Of a stretch of DNA of 8,127 nucleotides, positions 7,910 to 8,127 are shown in pieces; the stretch's first letter is position 1, and each line of letters begins with the position of its first letter. A program made the position numbers and the translations under genes. Origin of the DNA: a virus (taxonomy: Duplodnaviria > Heunggongvirae > Uroviricota > Caudoviricetes). The notes beneath the pieces are model-generated. The model had not been told where the DNA came from. It saw nothing but the letters and a program-made list of their open reading frames with translations, and ran no database searches. Location: the IMG/VR virus record IMGVR_UViG_2713896799_000002, positions 1-8,127 of that record; one strand, 5' to 3'.

Positions 7910-8127
7910 ATGTTTCTGAAAACAGAACAATTTGAATATAACGGCGTGTCCGTCACCCTTTCCGAACTGTCTGCGCTGCAGCGTATTGAGCATCTTGCCC
8001 CTCCTGAAACGGCGGGCAGAAGAGGCTGAAGCCAGCGGCAACCTGCAGGTGAGCGTGGAAGACCTTGTCAGAACCGGGGCGTTTCTGGTGGCGATGTCCC
8101 TGTGGCATAACCATCCACAGAAAACGC
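7910..8127 (+). CDS. G: Tail assembly chaperone G (lambda gpG homologue), 3' end beyond the window; frameshift at the CCCC run 7998-8001
   Basis: GAGGGAG at 7893-7899 precedes ATG 7910. MFLKTEQFEYNGVSVTLSELSALQRIEHLA (frame 2, stop 8027-8029) then LLKRRAEEAEASGNLQVSVEDLVRTGAFLVAMSLWHNHPQKT (frame 0, open to the window end) is near-collinear with lambda G as recalled. Confidence 0.75.

Noticed and set aside
1-8127. Novel defence system, toxin-antitoxin pair, CRISPR array, tRNA or insertion sequence
   Set aside because: Every stretch is accounted for by syntenic phage morphogenesis genes with coupled junctions. There are no direct-repeat arrays, no tRNA-like structures, no inverted-repeat-flanked transposase, and no intergenic space large enough for an unrecognised gene.

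Overview
The whole window is one co-directional (+ strand) late/morphogenesis operon of a lambdoid, Gifsy-2-like enterobacterial (pro)phage. In order: terminase large subunit (5' end outside window), gpW-like head completion protein, portal, a ClpP-like prohead protease/scaffold segment running into a major capsid protein segment (together resembling a tripartite protease-scaffold-capsid gene), a hairpin terminator, a DUF2190-like small head protein, an FII-like head-tail attachment protein, then lambda-like tail genes Z, U, V and the start of G. No cargo genes, RNA genes, CRISPR arrays or mobile elements are visible, and I do not see a novel system here. The main thing worth a second look is that at least 12 single-base frame disruptions break otherwise well-conserved genes, almost all at short homopolymer runs and concentrated in Z and U. 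That pattern means either homopolymer indel errors in the assembly or a decaying cryptic prophage; the sequence alone cannot distinguish them. Homology calls rest on my recall of lambda and Gifsy-2-type proteins, not on a database search.
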